Shown piece after piece: positions 17,395 through 26,243 of a DNA stretch of 64,000 bases. Position 1 is the stretch's first letter, and each line of letters opens with the position of its first letter. The DNA is taken from assembly GCA_030066595.1 (NCBI GenBank), contig JASJBI010000023.1:85717-149716 (forward strand). The letters run 5' to 3'. The notes below the pieces were generated by a model. The model was not told where the DNA came from and did no database searches. It saw nothing but the letters and a program-made list of their open reading frames with translations. The translations under genes were made by a program, and so were the position numbers. The stretch comes from Alphaproteobacteria bacterium. GTDB taxonomy: Bacteria > Pseudomonadota > Alphaproteobacteria > JAJFFI01.

Positions 17395-19047
17395 TTGCAG
17401 ACCGTGGACCCTCCGAGCATGATGGCGGGCCGGCCCGACAGAGTTTCCCAACGGGCCGAACCCAAGGACCAGAGCCGGCCGATGGCCCCATTGCTCCATC
17501 TGGGACAGACACTCCAGGCGCACGCCCATGTGACGCCGGAGCGGACGGGCGCGGCCGATCTCGAGCGCAGCATGACCTTCCGGCAATGGAATGCGAGGGC
17601 CTGCCGGCTGGCGAACGCGCTCCTGGGCCTGGGGTTGAGCAAGGGTGATCGGGTTGCCGTGCTCGCCTACAACCGCATCGAATGGCTTGAGATCTACGCC
17701 GCCGTGGCCAAGGCGGGCCTGATCGCGGTGCCGGTCAACTTCCGGCTCGTCGCGCCTGAGATCCGATTCATCGTCGAGAACTGCGAGGCGCGGGCGCTGA
17801 TCGTCGAGGACGCGCTTTTGGGCGCCGTCGAGGAGACTCGCCACGATCTACCGATCGACCGGGGCGCCTTCGTTCATCTCGGCAAGAGCGCCGCGCCGGC
17901 CGGCTACGTGGCCTACGAAGACCTCATCGCTGCCGCTGCCGGGGACGAGCCCGATGCCCGAGTCGCGCCCGGGGACACCTGGTCCCTGATGTACACGTCC
18001 GGCACGACCGGCAATCCCAAGGGCGCGATCCGGAGCCACGGCGCCGGCGCGCTGCTGTCGCTGACGACGGAGGTCGAGCTCGGCTTCAGCGCCCGTGATA
18101 CGGGCCTTCTGGTCATGCCGATGTGCCACGCCAACTCGCTGAACTTCCTCGGCGCACTGACCTATTGTGGCGCGCCGGTGACGGTCTACAGCCGGCCACG
18201 TTTCGACCCGGAGCATCTCCTTCGCTCGCTCGCGAACGGCATCGCGACCTTCACGTCGCTGGTTCCGACGCACTACGTGATGATGCTGGGGCTTGGGCGA
18301 CAGCTTCTCGAGAGCCTCAATCCCGAGCGGATCACCAAGCTGATGATCTCTTCGGCGCCCGCCCGCCGAGACACCAAAGAGGCGATCCTCGGCTACTTTC
18401 GAAACTCGGGGCTCTGGGAGCTTTACGGCTCGACCGAACAGGGCTGGGCGACCATGTTGCAGCCCGAGGACCAGTTCAGAAAGCTCGGCTCGGTGGGACG
18501 GGAATGCATCGGCACGGCGCCGATCCGGCTGCTCGACGAGGAGGGCCGCGATGTGCCCCAAGGCCAGGTGGGCGAGCTCTACTCGGCGACGCCCTACGCC
18601 TTCGACGGGTACTGGAAGTTGCCGGACAAGACGGCAGAAGCCTTCCGCGGCGACCATCTTTCCGTTGGCGACCTCGCCTGGCGCGACGAGGACGGCTTCT
18701 ATTACCTGGTCGACCGCAAGAGCAACATGATCATCTCGGGCGGCGAGAACGTCTACCCGTCCGAGGTGGAGAACGCGCTGGGCGCCCATGCGGCGGTCAA
18801 GGACGTGGCGGTGATCGGGGTGCCGGACGCCAAATGGGGCGAACGGGTGCATGGGGTTGTGGTGCTGCATGCCGGCGCCGAGGCGAGCGAGGCGGAACTC
18901 GTGGCCTGGTGCCGCGAGCGCCTCGCCGGGTACAAGCGGCCGCGCTCGATCGCGATGATCCCCGAGGCGGACATGCCGCGGACCAGCACCGGCAAGATCC
19001 TGCATCGGGCGCTGCGCGAGCGCTTTGCGGAGACGGACGAGGCCTGA
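17395..19047 (+). CDS. AMP-dependent acyl-CoA synthetase/ligase (FadD-like)
   Basis: ANL motifs YTSGTTGNPKG, GYGSTE, SGGENVYPSEVE, terminal lysine region; true start possibly Met30 (17482) or MTFRQW. Confidence 0.85.
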   Translation: MQTVDPPSMMAGRPDRVSQRAEPKDQSRPMAPLLHLGQTLQAHAHVTPERTGAADLERSMTFRQWNARACRLANALLGLGLSKGDRVAVLAYNRIEWLEIYAAVAKAGLIAVPVNFRLVAPEIRFIVENCEARALIVEDALLGAVEETRHDLPIDRGAFVHLGKSAAPAGYVAYEDLIAAAAGDEPDARVAPGDTWSLMYTSGTTGNPKGAIRSHGAGALLSLTTEVELGFSARDTGLLVMPMCHANSLNFLGALTYCGAPVTVYSRPRFDPEHLLRSLANGIATFTSLVPTHYVMMLGLGRQLLESLNPERITKLMISSAPARRDTKEAILGYFRNSGLWELYGSTEQGWATMLQPEDQFRKLGSVGRECIGTAPIRLLDEEGRDVPQGQVGELYSATPYAFDGYWKLPDKTAEAFRGDHLSVGDLAWRDEDGFYYLVDRKSNMIISGGENVYPSEVENALGAHAAVKDVAVIGVPDAKWGERVHGVVVLHAGAEASEAELVAWCRERLAGYKRPRSIAMIPEADMPRTSTGKILHRALRERFAETDEA

Positions 19048-19077
19048 CGGGACAGCATCCACCGGGAGAAACGAGCC

Positions 19078-20814
19078 ATGGCTAAAGCATCAGTCGCCGA
19101 CCTCGGCTCCGGGCCGGAAAGCTGCGCGGCACGCATCGCGCAGTTCCTGGAGCGGCGCGCCATCGACCGGATCTTTGGCCTGCAGGGCGGTCACATCCAG
19201 CCGGTCTGGGACTGGCTGCCCCGTCACGGCATCCGCATCGTCGATGTGCGCGACGAGGGCGCGGCGGTACATATGGCCCATGCCCATGCCGAGCTCACGG
19301 GCGGGCTGGGTGTCGCGATGGCGACCGCCGGCCCCGGCGTCACCAACTGCGTCACCGCGATCGCCAATGCCTCGCTGGCGCGCGCACCGGTGCTGCTGAT
19401 CGGCGGCTGTCCGCCCCGCCCGCAGGTCAACAAGGGACCGCTGCAAGACATTCCCCATGTCGACATCATGCGGCCGATCACCCGGACGTCCCGCACCCTT
19501 CGGGTCGCCGATCAGGTGCTGCGGGAACTCGACGAGGCCGTCTCGCGCGCGCACGGAGACGCGGCCGAGCCGGGGCCGGCGTACCTCGAGATTCCGACCG
19601 ATGTGCTGCGAGAAGAGGTTCCGGACGCCCAGGTGCTCGAGGATTGGCTCCGGCCCAAGCCGCCGCGACGGCTTCCGCCCGATCCGGAGGCGGTGGCACG
19701 GGCGGTCGAGGCGGTCTGGTCGGCGCGCCGCCCGGTGGTCGTGACCGGGCGCGGCGCACGGGGCGCGGGGCAAGCGCTGATGCGCCTGCTTGACGCGACC
19801 GGCGCCCTGTACCTGGACACACAGGAAAGCCGGGGCCTCGTCCCCTCGGACCATCCCGGCTTCGCCGGCGCCGTGCGCGGCAACGCCATGGCCGATGCGG
19901 ACCTGCTGCTGGTCGTCGGACGCAAGCTGGACTATCAGCTCGGCTACGGCTCGCCCGCGGTCTTTCCGAACGCGCGGATCGTGCGGATCGCCGACACGGC
20001 GGGCGAGCTGGTCGACAACCGGCGGGGCGATCCCGAGCTCCTCGCAACCCCGGCGCTCGCGCTCGAGGCGATGGTCGAGGCGGCGGGCAACCGTCCATCG
20101 GCCCTCGATGCCGACTGGGCCGACGGCCTGCGCGCCAAGCAGCGGGCGCGGGCGGCAGCGGGCCTCGGCGAGGTGCCGGATCTGTGCGAGGACGGCAAGA
20201 TTCACCCGCGCCGGATCTTTGACGCCATAGCCGACGTCGCCGACCCCGACTACATCGCCGTCGCAGACGGCGGCGACATCCTGAGCTTCGCCAGGGTCGG
20301 ACTCGCCGCGCGCACCTATATGGACGCGGGCGCCTTCGGCTGCCTCGGGGTCGGCGTGCCCTTCGCGATCGCCGCCGCCCTGGCCTTCCCGGAGCGGCAG
20401 GTGATCTCGGTCAACGGCGACGGCGCATACGGGATCAACGCGATGGAGATCGACACCGCCGTGCGCCACGGGGCCAAAGCGGTCTTCATCGTTTCCAACA
20501 ATGCCGCGTGGAACATCGAGCGCTACGACCAAGAGGCCAACTATGGCGGTCGGGTGGCGGGGACCACGCTGCGCCACTCGGACTACGCCGCCATGGCGGT
20601 CGCCCTGGGCGCCCATGGCGAGCGGGTGGAGACGCCGGACGGACTTGCGGGCGCGCTCGACCGTGCGCTCAAGAATGCGCCGGCGGTCGTCGACGTCGTC
20701 ACCTCGCAGGCGGCCGTGTCCTCCGATGCGATGAAGGGGCTCGGCTATGTTCCCGACTACCAGCCCCTGACCGGCTGGGACGAGGCGGAACGGCGCCGGC
20801 GGGAAGAGGCCTGA
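19078..20814 (+). CDS. thiamine-diphosphate-dependent enzyme (acetolactate synthase / oxalyl-CoA decarboxylase / 2-hydroxyacyl-CoA lyase family)
   Basis: 578 aa; N-terminal ThDP Pyr domain ([20 protein letters not shown]), central domain, C-terminal PP domain ([15 protein letters not shown]...[16 protein letters not shown]). Confidence 0.85.
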   Translation: MAKASVADLGSGPESCAARIAQFLERRAIDRIFGLQGGHIQPVWDWLPRHGIRIVDVRDEGAAVHMAHAHAELTGGLGVAMATAGPGVTNCVTAIANASLARAPVLLIGGCPPRPQVNKGPLQDIPHVDIMRPITRTSRTLRVADQVLRELDEAVSRAHGDAAEPGPAYLEIPTDVLREEVPDAQVLEDWLRPKPPRRLPPDPEAVARAVEAVWSARRPVVVTGRGARGAGQALMRLLDATGALYLDTQESRGLVPSDHPGFAGAVRGNAMADADLLLVVGRKLDYQLGYGSPAVFPNARIVRIADTAGELVDNRRGDPELLATPALALEAMVEAAGNRPSALDADWADGLRAKQRARAAAGLGEVPDLCEDGKIHPRRIFDAIADVADPDYIAVADGGDILSFARVGLAARTYMDAGAFGCLGVGVPFAIAAALAFPERQVISVNGDGAYGINAMEIDTAVRHGAKAVFIVSNNAAWNIERYDQEANYGGRVAGTTLRHSDYAAMAVALGAHGERVETPDGLAGALDRALKNAPAVVDVVTSQAAVSSDAMKGLGYVPDYQPLTGWDEAERRRREEA

Positions 20815-20880
20815 GGACAGCGACCCTCCGAGACGGGCTAGGATCGGGAGACAAACGAGGTTGCGGAGTTTGGTTGGGCG

Positions 20881-20929
20881 GTAGACCGTTCGGGTCTGCG
20901 ACCTAGCGGCGAACCCCCATTCGTGGGGG
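20881..20929. terminator. pair of hairpins between convergent genes (putative bidirectional terminator)
   Basis: GTAGACC-GTTCG-GGTCTGC and CCCCCA-TTCG-TGGGGG (GC stem with UUCG tetraloop); no strong U-tract. Confidence 0.35.
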
Positions 20930-20964
20930 AGCGGGCCGGTGATGCAATCAAATCCGAATATGAT

Positions 20965-21948
20965 CTAGCGCGAGGTGTAGGCGAACTCGTAGACGATCTC
21001 CTCGACCTGCCGCGTGGCCTGGGACTGGCCGCCCTGGGAGAGGACCGTGCTGCTGACCTTCTGCTGCTCGATGCGGTGCGGTAACAGGGTGTCCGGCTCG
21101 GTCACCAGCCGCACCGTGGTGTCGATCCTCAACTGCTCGATGTGGAACTCGCCGGCGCCCTGCCCGGCCATCCGCTTGAGGAAGGCCTCGAGCGCCCGGG
21201 CCACCTTGTCGGAATCGACAAAGCTGCGCAGTTCGAGATGCACGCAGCGATCCGCGCTGGCCGCCTTGCCACAGCTCACCGGCCCGAGATAGCGATAGGC
21301 CGCCTTCATCGGCACTTCCGTGTTGCCCAGCACGGGAACAGCCATGCTGAAGTCCTGCTCATAGGTTTCGCCGCGGTCGAATTCGCCGCCGACCCATGCG
21401 CCCACGTCCCGGTTCCAGCTCTCTGCCATGCGCGCCTCGAGCTGCCGGTCGGACATGGCGCCTTCGATCGTCTGCTGCACCCGCTCTTTCGCCTGATCCG
21501 GAAGATCGGCAAGCAGCGCGGCATAGGCCTCGCGCAGATTCTGACGATAGCGCTCCATGTTCTCGAGCCGGAGGTAGCTTCCCTGCCTGTCGATCACATA
21601 GCTGGGCCGTTGGTTCGCGGCGCTGAGCATGAACTGCTGCAGCCTGCCCTGCATGCCGGAAACCGGCGGCTCGACCTGCACGTCGACCTGCGTCTTGCCG
21701 AAGGTAATGAGCTGTCCGTCGGCGACCGGCTTGGCCGCGAATCCGTAGCCGCCACGCACGACAATCACCTGCTGGCCCCGCTCAGCGGCCCGGGTCTTGC
21801 GCGCAGAGAACGTGGCCGTGCCCTCGACAGTCTCAGGCCAGGCAAAGGCGAGCGTCACGGTGTCCGCCCGGACCGGCGCGAACGGGAGCAGCAAGAGGGA
21901 GATCAAGAAGCTGGCGAGCCGGCAGCGGCGGACGCATCGGTCGCGCAT
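20965..21948 (-). CDS. secreted hypothetical protein
   Basis: 327 aa, signal peptide LASFLISLLLLPFAPVRA; no recognisable domain. Its 3' end carries copy B of a 45-bp direct repeat. Confidence 0.6.
   Translation of the reverse strand: MRDRCVRRCRLASFLISLLLLPFAPVRADTVTLAFAWPETVEGTATFSARKTRAAERGQQVIVVRGGYGFAAKPVADGQLITFGKTQVDVQVEPPVSGMQGRLQQFMLSAANQRPSYVIDRQGSYLRLENMERYRQNLREAYAALLADLPDQAKERVQQTIEGAMSDRQLEARMAESWNRDVGAWVGGEFDRGETYEQDFSMAVPVLGNTEVPMKAAYRYLGPVSCGKAASADRCVHLELRSFVDSDKVARALEAFLKRMAGQGAGEFHIEQLRIDTTVRLVTEPDTLLPHRIEQQKVSSTVLSQGGQSQATRQVEEIVYEFAYTSR
20969..21013. repeat. 45-bp imperfect direct repeat, copy B (3' coding end of secreted-protein gene 20965..21948)
   Basis: Encodes ...RQVEEIVYEFAYTSR* on the minus strand; copy A encodes RQVEEMVYEFA* with only synonymous/conservative differences. 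Confidence 0.7.
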
Positions 21949-22056
21949 GGAGCAGGTCCTTGGCAGACGTGTGACGATGAGCTGCGATCAGTCCGACAGG
22001 GCGGACGGCGGGTCAAATGAAATCTCTGTGTCCGCTCGTCGGGCCGGGCCGAGGCC

Positions 22057-24111
22057 TCAAAACCCCTTGCAAAGCCTCAGGGAGTCGAAGATCGCGGCAT
22101 GGATGTTGCGCGAGGCGACGGCGTCGCCCACCCGGAACAGCTCGAAGCGCCCGTCCGGATTCGCGGTCTTGGCCTGCGGCCGGCCCGCGACCAGCGCCGC
22201 CAGGTCGGTCTCGCCTCGATTGAGAGACAGTGGCTTGAGGGCGAAGTAGAGATCGTCCAGCGGCAGCGTGCCCGCCTCCACCACCACTTGGTCCACCTCC
22301 CGCCTCTCTTCGGTCTCGGCATAGACGTTCACGAGCGTGGCGACCAGCCGGTTTCCGGCCCGCTCGATGCCGACCAGCCGGCGGTCGGGGCTCATGGCGA
22401 CGCCCGCGCGATAAAGCGCGCGCAGATGGACCGGGAAGTTGGTGGCGCCGGTCTCCTCCGCGATGGTGCGGTCGGGGGTGGCGATCTCCAGCTCGGCGGC
22501 CGTCGCCGCCAGGACCTCGGCACAGGACACGCCCTGATGCTGGCCGGTCTCGTCATAGAGCAGCACCCGGCCCGCGGGCCGGACCGCGCCGGAGAGGACA
22601 TCCCAGGAACTGACCGCGAGATCGGCGCGCGCGAACCGGCCCGGGTTGGGCGCGCCGCCGGTGGCGATCACGACCACGTCCGGCGCCCCGGCCAGCACGT
22701 GCTCCGCCTCGGCCAGCACGTTCAGGCGCACATCGACCCCCAGCTTGCGCACCTGGCCGTCGAGCCAGCCGACGACGTCGCCCAGGTCTCCGCGCCAGGT
22801 TGCCCGTGCGGCGATGTTGACCTGGCCGCCGGTGCGATCCGCCGCCTCGAACAGGACCACGTCATGCCCCCGCAGGGCCGAGACCCGCGCCGCCTCGAGC
22901 CCGGCCGGGCCCGCGCCCACCACCACGACCTTGCGGCCGGGCCGGTCCGCGCGCGGCACCACATGGGGCATCGCGGCCTCCCGCCCGGTCGCCGGATTGT
23001 GCAGGCAGAGCGCCTCGCCGCCGACATAGATCCGGTCCAGGCAGTAGGTGGCGCCCACACACGGACGAATGTCTTCGGCCCGGCCCTCGGCCAGCTTGCG
23101 CATGATGTGCGGGTCGGCGAGATGCGCCCGGGTCATCGCCACCATGTCCACATGGCCGCCCTGGATCGCCTGCGCGGCGCTGTCCGGGTCCTTGATGTTG
23201 GTGGCGTGGAAGACCGGCAGCCCGGTCATCGCCTTCACCGCGCTGGCATAGTTGAGATAGGGCGAGAGCGGCGAGCCCATCGGCGGGATGAACTTGGCGA
23301 GCCCGGCATGGTCGCGGATCTGGCCCGCGTTGACATTGAGGAAGTCGAGCATGCCCGTGGCCGCGTAGCGGTCGACGATGGCCATGCCGTCCTCCTGGCT
23401 GAGCCCGCCCTTGATCAACTCGTCGACGACCAGGCGGATGCCGACGATGAAGTCGTCGCCGACGGCCCGGCGCACGGCTTCCAGTGCCTCGAGGCCGAAG
23501 CGCATGCGGTTCTCCAGGCCGCCGCCATAGGGGTCGGAGCGCCAGTTCACGGCGGGCGTCCAGAATTGATCGATCAGGTGGCCGGTGGCCAAGAGCTCGA
23601 CCCCGTCGAGCCCGCCCTCCTTGCAGCGCCGCGCCGCGGCGCCAAAGGCCGCGACAACCCGGCGGATGTCCTCGGGCTCCATCGCCTTGGCGACCGCGCG
23701 ATGGGCCGGCTCGCGCGCCGCCGAAGGTCCGATCACCGGCAGCCAGTGGTCGTAGCTCCAATGGGTGCGAAAGCCCATATGGGTGATCTGGCACATCAGC
23801 GCCGCGCCGTGCCGGTGGATGCGCGCGGCGAAGTCCTGAAAATGCGGGATGACCCGGTCGTCCGAGACGTCGAGCTGGCCGAAGGCGGGCGGCGAGTCCA
23901 GATCGACCACCGAGGAGCCGCCGAACATGGTCAGCGCCAGACCGCCCTTGGCCTTCTCCTCGTGATAGAGCTGATAGCGCGCCCGGGGCAGGCCGTCCTC
24001 GGCATAGGCCGGGGAATGGCTGGTGCTCATCACCCGGTTCCTGAGCTTCAGATGCTTGAGCCGGAACGGCTCGAACAGCGGTGCGTAGCGCACCTCCGGC
24101 TGGCCGGTCAT
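22057..24111 (-). CDS. NADH:flavin oxidoreductase (OYE-type FMN domain + Cys cluster + FAD/NAD(P)-binding domain; DgcA/StcD/TMADH/FadH-like)
   Basis: 684 aa; OYE barrel N-domain, Cys cluster CVGATYC...C, C-terminal Rossmann VVVVGAGPAGLEAA. This architecture is shared by N-methyl amine demethylases and 2,4-dienoyl-CoA reductase. Confidence 0.85.
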   Translation of the reverse strand: MTGQPEVRYAPLFEPFRLKHLKLRNRVMSTSHSPAYAEDGLPRARYQLYHEEKAKGGLALTMFGGSSVVDLDSPPAFGQLDVSDDRVIPHFQDFAARIHRHGAALMCQITHMGFRTHWSYDHWLPVIGPSAAREPAHRAVAKAMEPEDIRRVVAAFGAAARRCKEGGLDGVELLATGHLIDQFWTPAVNWRSDPYGGGLENRMRFGLEALEAVRRAVGDDFIVGIRLVVDELIKGGLSQEDGMAIVDRYAATGMLDFLNVNAGQIRDHAGLAKFIPPMGSPLSPYLNYASAVKAMTGLPVFHATNIKDPDSAAQAIQGGHVDMVAMTRAHLADPHIMRKLAEGRAEDIRPCVGATYCLDRIYVGGEALCLHNPATGREAAMPHVVPRADRPGRKVVVVGAGPAGLEAARVSALRGHDVVLFEAADRTGGQVNIAARATWRGDLGDVVGWLDGQVRKLGVDVRLNVLAEAEHVLAGAPDVVVIATGGAPNPGRFARADLAVSSWDVLSGAVRPAGRVLLYDETGQHQGVSCAEVLAATAAELEIATPDRTIAEETGATNFPVHLRALYRAGVAMSPDRRLVGIERAGNRLVATLVNVYAETEERREVDQVVVEAGTLPLDDLYFALKPLSLNRGETDLAALVAGRPQAKTANPDGRFELFRVGDAVASRNIHAAIFDSLRLCKGF

Positions 24112-24308
24112 AACCCGCCTCTCCTGGTCCTCCCGACCGACGAGACTAGCAGGCCCCAGCCCCGCCGCAAGCGACGCGTAAACGCCCGGAACCGCCTTCT
24201 CGGCGGCCCTGGGCTAATCGACCGGCCCTGTCAGTAGTGACAGTTTTGTTTGCCGATACAGGCAGTAGAATAAGGCAGTTCGAGCATGCCACGAGGGGAG
24301 ATAAGACC

Positions 24309-25037
24309 ATGCGGACTTGGAGTCCTTTGTTCAAACCAGCATTCGTGCTTTCCGTTCTCATCCTACCCCTACTCGCGGCTCCGGCGGCGGGCGAGACAAA
24401 GAAGAAGGACCTCGGCATCACCGAGGCCAAGATCCAGGCGGTCAAATGGTGCAAGGACGCGGGCGCAAACGCACCCGAGGCGTTCGCCTTCTGCACCTCC
24501 GGCTTCCTTACGGACGCAGAAATCCGGAAGTGCGTCGGCGAGCGCGGATGCTTCGGCAGCGACTTGGTCGGCATGCCGGGCTTCGCCGCCTGCAACACGC
24601 CAGAGGCGAAGCGGGTCTTCGGCCAGGCCGCAGGCTGTGGCGCCAAGAAGTGCACGGGCAACCCCGGCCGCTTCTATGTCGTCAACATGGCTGGCGATCC
24701 GGTTTGGCCGAACACGATCTCCGATTGCGCACCGCAAGACCGGTTTACGGCCAGCCCGGGACAGGGCGCCTGGCTGTTGCAGGGCCCGGGCGTGATGTCG
24801 CTGCGGGTCTGGGGCGGCGGCCTGACCGGCCCCGGCGCGAAGAGCGGCGGCGCAGCCAAGATCGCCCGGGATTCGACCAACGTCGACGGGCTGACGGAGG
24901 CCGGCGCGCAGACGGCGGCAGAGGACGGCACCTGGGAGCTGGTGTCGGGCCGGATGTACAAGCTCGACTACAACAAGAGCGGCCAAGTCGTGCCGTTCGA
25001 TATCACGCCGCGCTACGAGGGAAAGCCGAAACAGTAG
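24309..25037 (+). CDS. secreted Cys-rich hypothetical protein
   Basis: ORF 24237..25037 trimmed to MRTWSPLF... (atg 24309); signal peptide, 9 Cys in the mature part; locally low-GC upstream region. Confidence 0.55.
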   Translation: MRTWSPLFKPAFVLSVLILPLLAAPAAGETKKKDLGITEAKIQAVKWCKDAGANAPEAFAFCTSGFLTDAEIRKCVGERGCFGSDLVGMPGFAACNTPEAKRVFGQAAGCGAKKCTGNPGRFYVVNMAGDPVWPNTISDCAPQDRFTASPGQGAWLLQGPGVMSLRVWGGGLTGPGAKSGGAAKIARDSTNVDGLTEAGAQTAAEDGTWELVSGRMYKLDYNKSGQVVPFDITPRYEGKPKQ

Positions 25038-25232
25038 TGCGATAAGAGCGACCGCCGGTGGGCGCCTGCATGGTTAGGCGCCCACCGAGGCAGGAGCGGC
25101 GGCGCCTGGCCTGATCGGCCTGCGTCCCGCGTCTTGCCCGTGACCGCGCAGGGCATCTGCGCCGCCTCCCGGCGAGATGCTGTCGTCTCGTGGCCAGTGA
25201 CATCCGTGCGCCATTGGCGATAATCCGGAGCC

Positions 25233-26132
25233 ATGGCCGCGATCCACTATGTCTCCGAGGCGCTCGACGACGAAACGCGGGGCGCGCGACTGTTTCGCGG
25301 CGACATCCTGGTCTTCGAGGATGTCGCGCCGATGCACGCGCTCTGTGCCCGCACTCAGGAGCTGATCCGAGAGGCCTTCGGCGACGACGACCCTGAAACC
25401 TGCCAAGACCGACTGGATCGCGACTCCTTCGTGGCTGCCGCGCGCGCCGCCCGGGCACGCTATCGCAAGGATCCAGAGGTCGCGGCCCTCGCCCGGCACG
25501 TGCTCGCCGCCACCGGGGTCGCGCTCTCCCGCACCTATTGGGATCGGCTGATCCTGCGAGTGCTACCCTCGGGAAAGAGCCATTCCGCGCGGCGCATCGA
25601 ACGCCTCGGACCGCACCGCGACAGCTGGGGGTCGAATCTCATGGCCCAGGTCAACTGGTGGGCGCCGATCTTTCCGATTGCGCCGGAGCGGACCGTCGCC
25701 CTGTACCCGAACTACTTCGACCGTCCGATCGCCAATTCCAGCGCCGACTGGGACCTGGATGAGTTGCGCGCGCGTCAGCGGGCGATCGCCGCGGGCGAAG
25801 AGCTGACGCCCTATCCCCTGCTGCCGGTGCCGACCGAAGAGATCGAGACCGCGTCGGAGCTGCGACTGTCGCCGGAACCGGGTGATCTGATCTGCTTCTC
25901 CAGTGCACATCTGCACGCGAGCGTCGCCAACGAGACCGGCCTGGCGCGCTTCAGCACCGAGTTCCGAACGGTTAACCTGGACGATCTGCGGGCCGGCCGG
26001 GGCGCGCCCAACGTGGATGGCCGCGCGCCGCGCTTGGGCGCGGACCTGTTCACGCGCACAACCGATGGCCTGTCCCTGGCCGAAGAGATGGTCGGATTTG
26101 TCGTCAATGCGCCGCCCAAGTCGCGCGCGTGA
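25233..26132 (+). CDS. hypothetical protein, possibly PhyH-like Fe(II)/2-oxoglutarate dioxygenase
   Basis: 299 aa; HxD-like motif LGPHRDSW and a distal His (SSAHLHAS) suggest a PhyH-type facial triad; weak assignment. Confidence 0.5.
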   Translation: MAAIHYVSEALDDETRGARLFRGDILVFEDVAPMHALCARTQELIREAFGDDDPETCQDRLDRDSFVAAARAARARYRKDPEVAALARHVLAATGVALSRTYWDRLILRVLPSGKSHSARRIERLGPHRDSWGSNLMAQVNWWAPIFPIAPERTVALYPNYFDRPIANSSADWDLDELRARQRAIAAGEELTPYPLLPVPTEEIETASELRLSPEPGDLICFSSAHLHASVANETGLARFSTEFRTVNLDDLRAGRGAPNVDGRAPRLGADLFTRTTDGLSLAEEMVGFVVNAPPKSRA

Positions 26133-26243
26133 TATTGGAAGTCGGCCGAAACACAATCGCCCCACCCCGGCCTATCTAACTTGCGCCTCGGCGGGCCCGG
26201 CAGCGGGCGCCGGCAACCCAGACATGCGAAGGAGCGTTGGGTA

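Noticed and set aside
17298-17642. 114-aa minus-strand ORF ending in RQVEEMVYEFA*
   Set aside because: Its C-terminal 11 codons are homologous to the end of gene 20965..21948. The rest is Arg/Pro/Ser-rich and overlaps the acyl-CoA synthetase N-terminus on the opposite strand. I treat it as a decayed duplicate fragment (see the direct-repeat finding), not a live gene.
24317-25045. 242-aa ORF overlapping the Cys-rich secreted protein gene in another frame
   Set aside because: It is Arg/Gly-rich low complexity. The alternative frame (24309..25037) gives a clean signal peptide and balanced composition, so the latter was kept.
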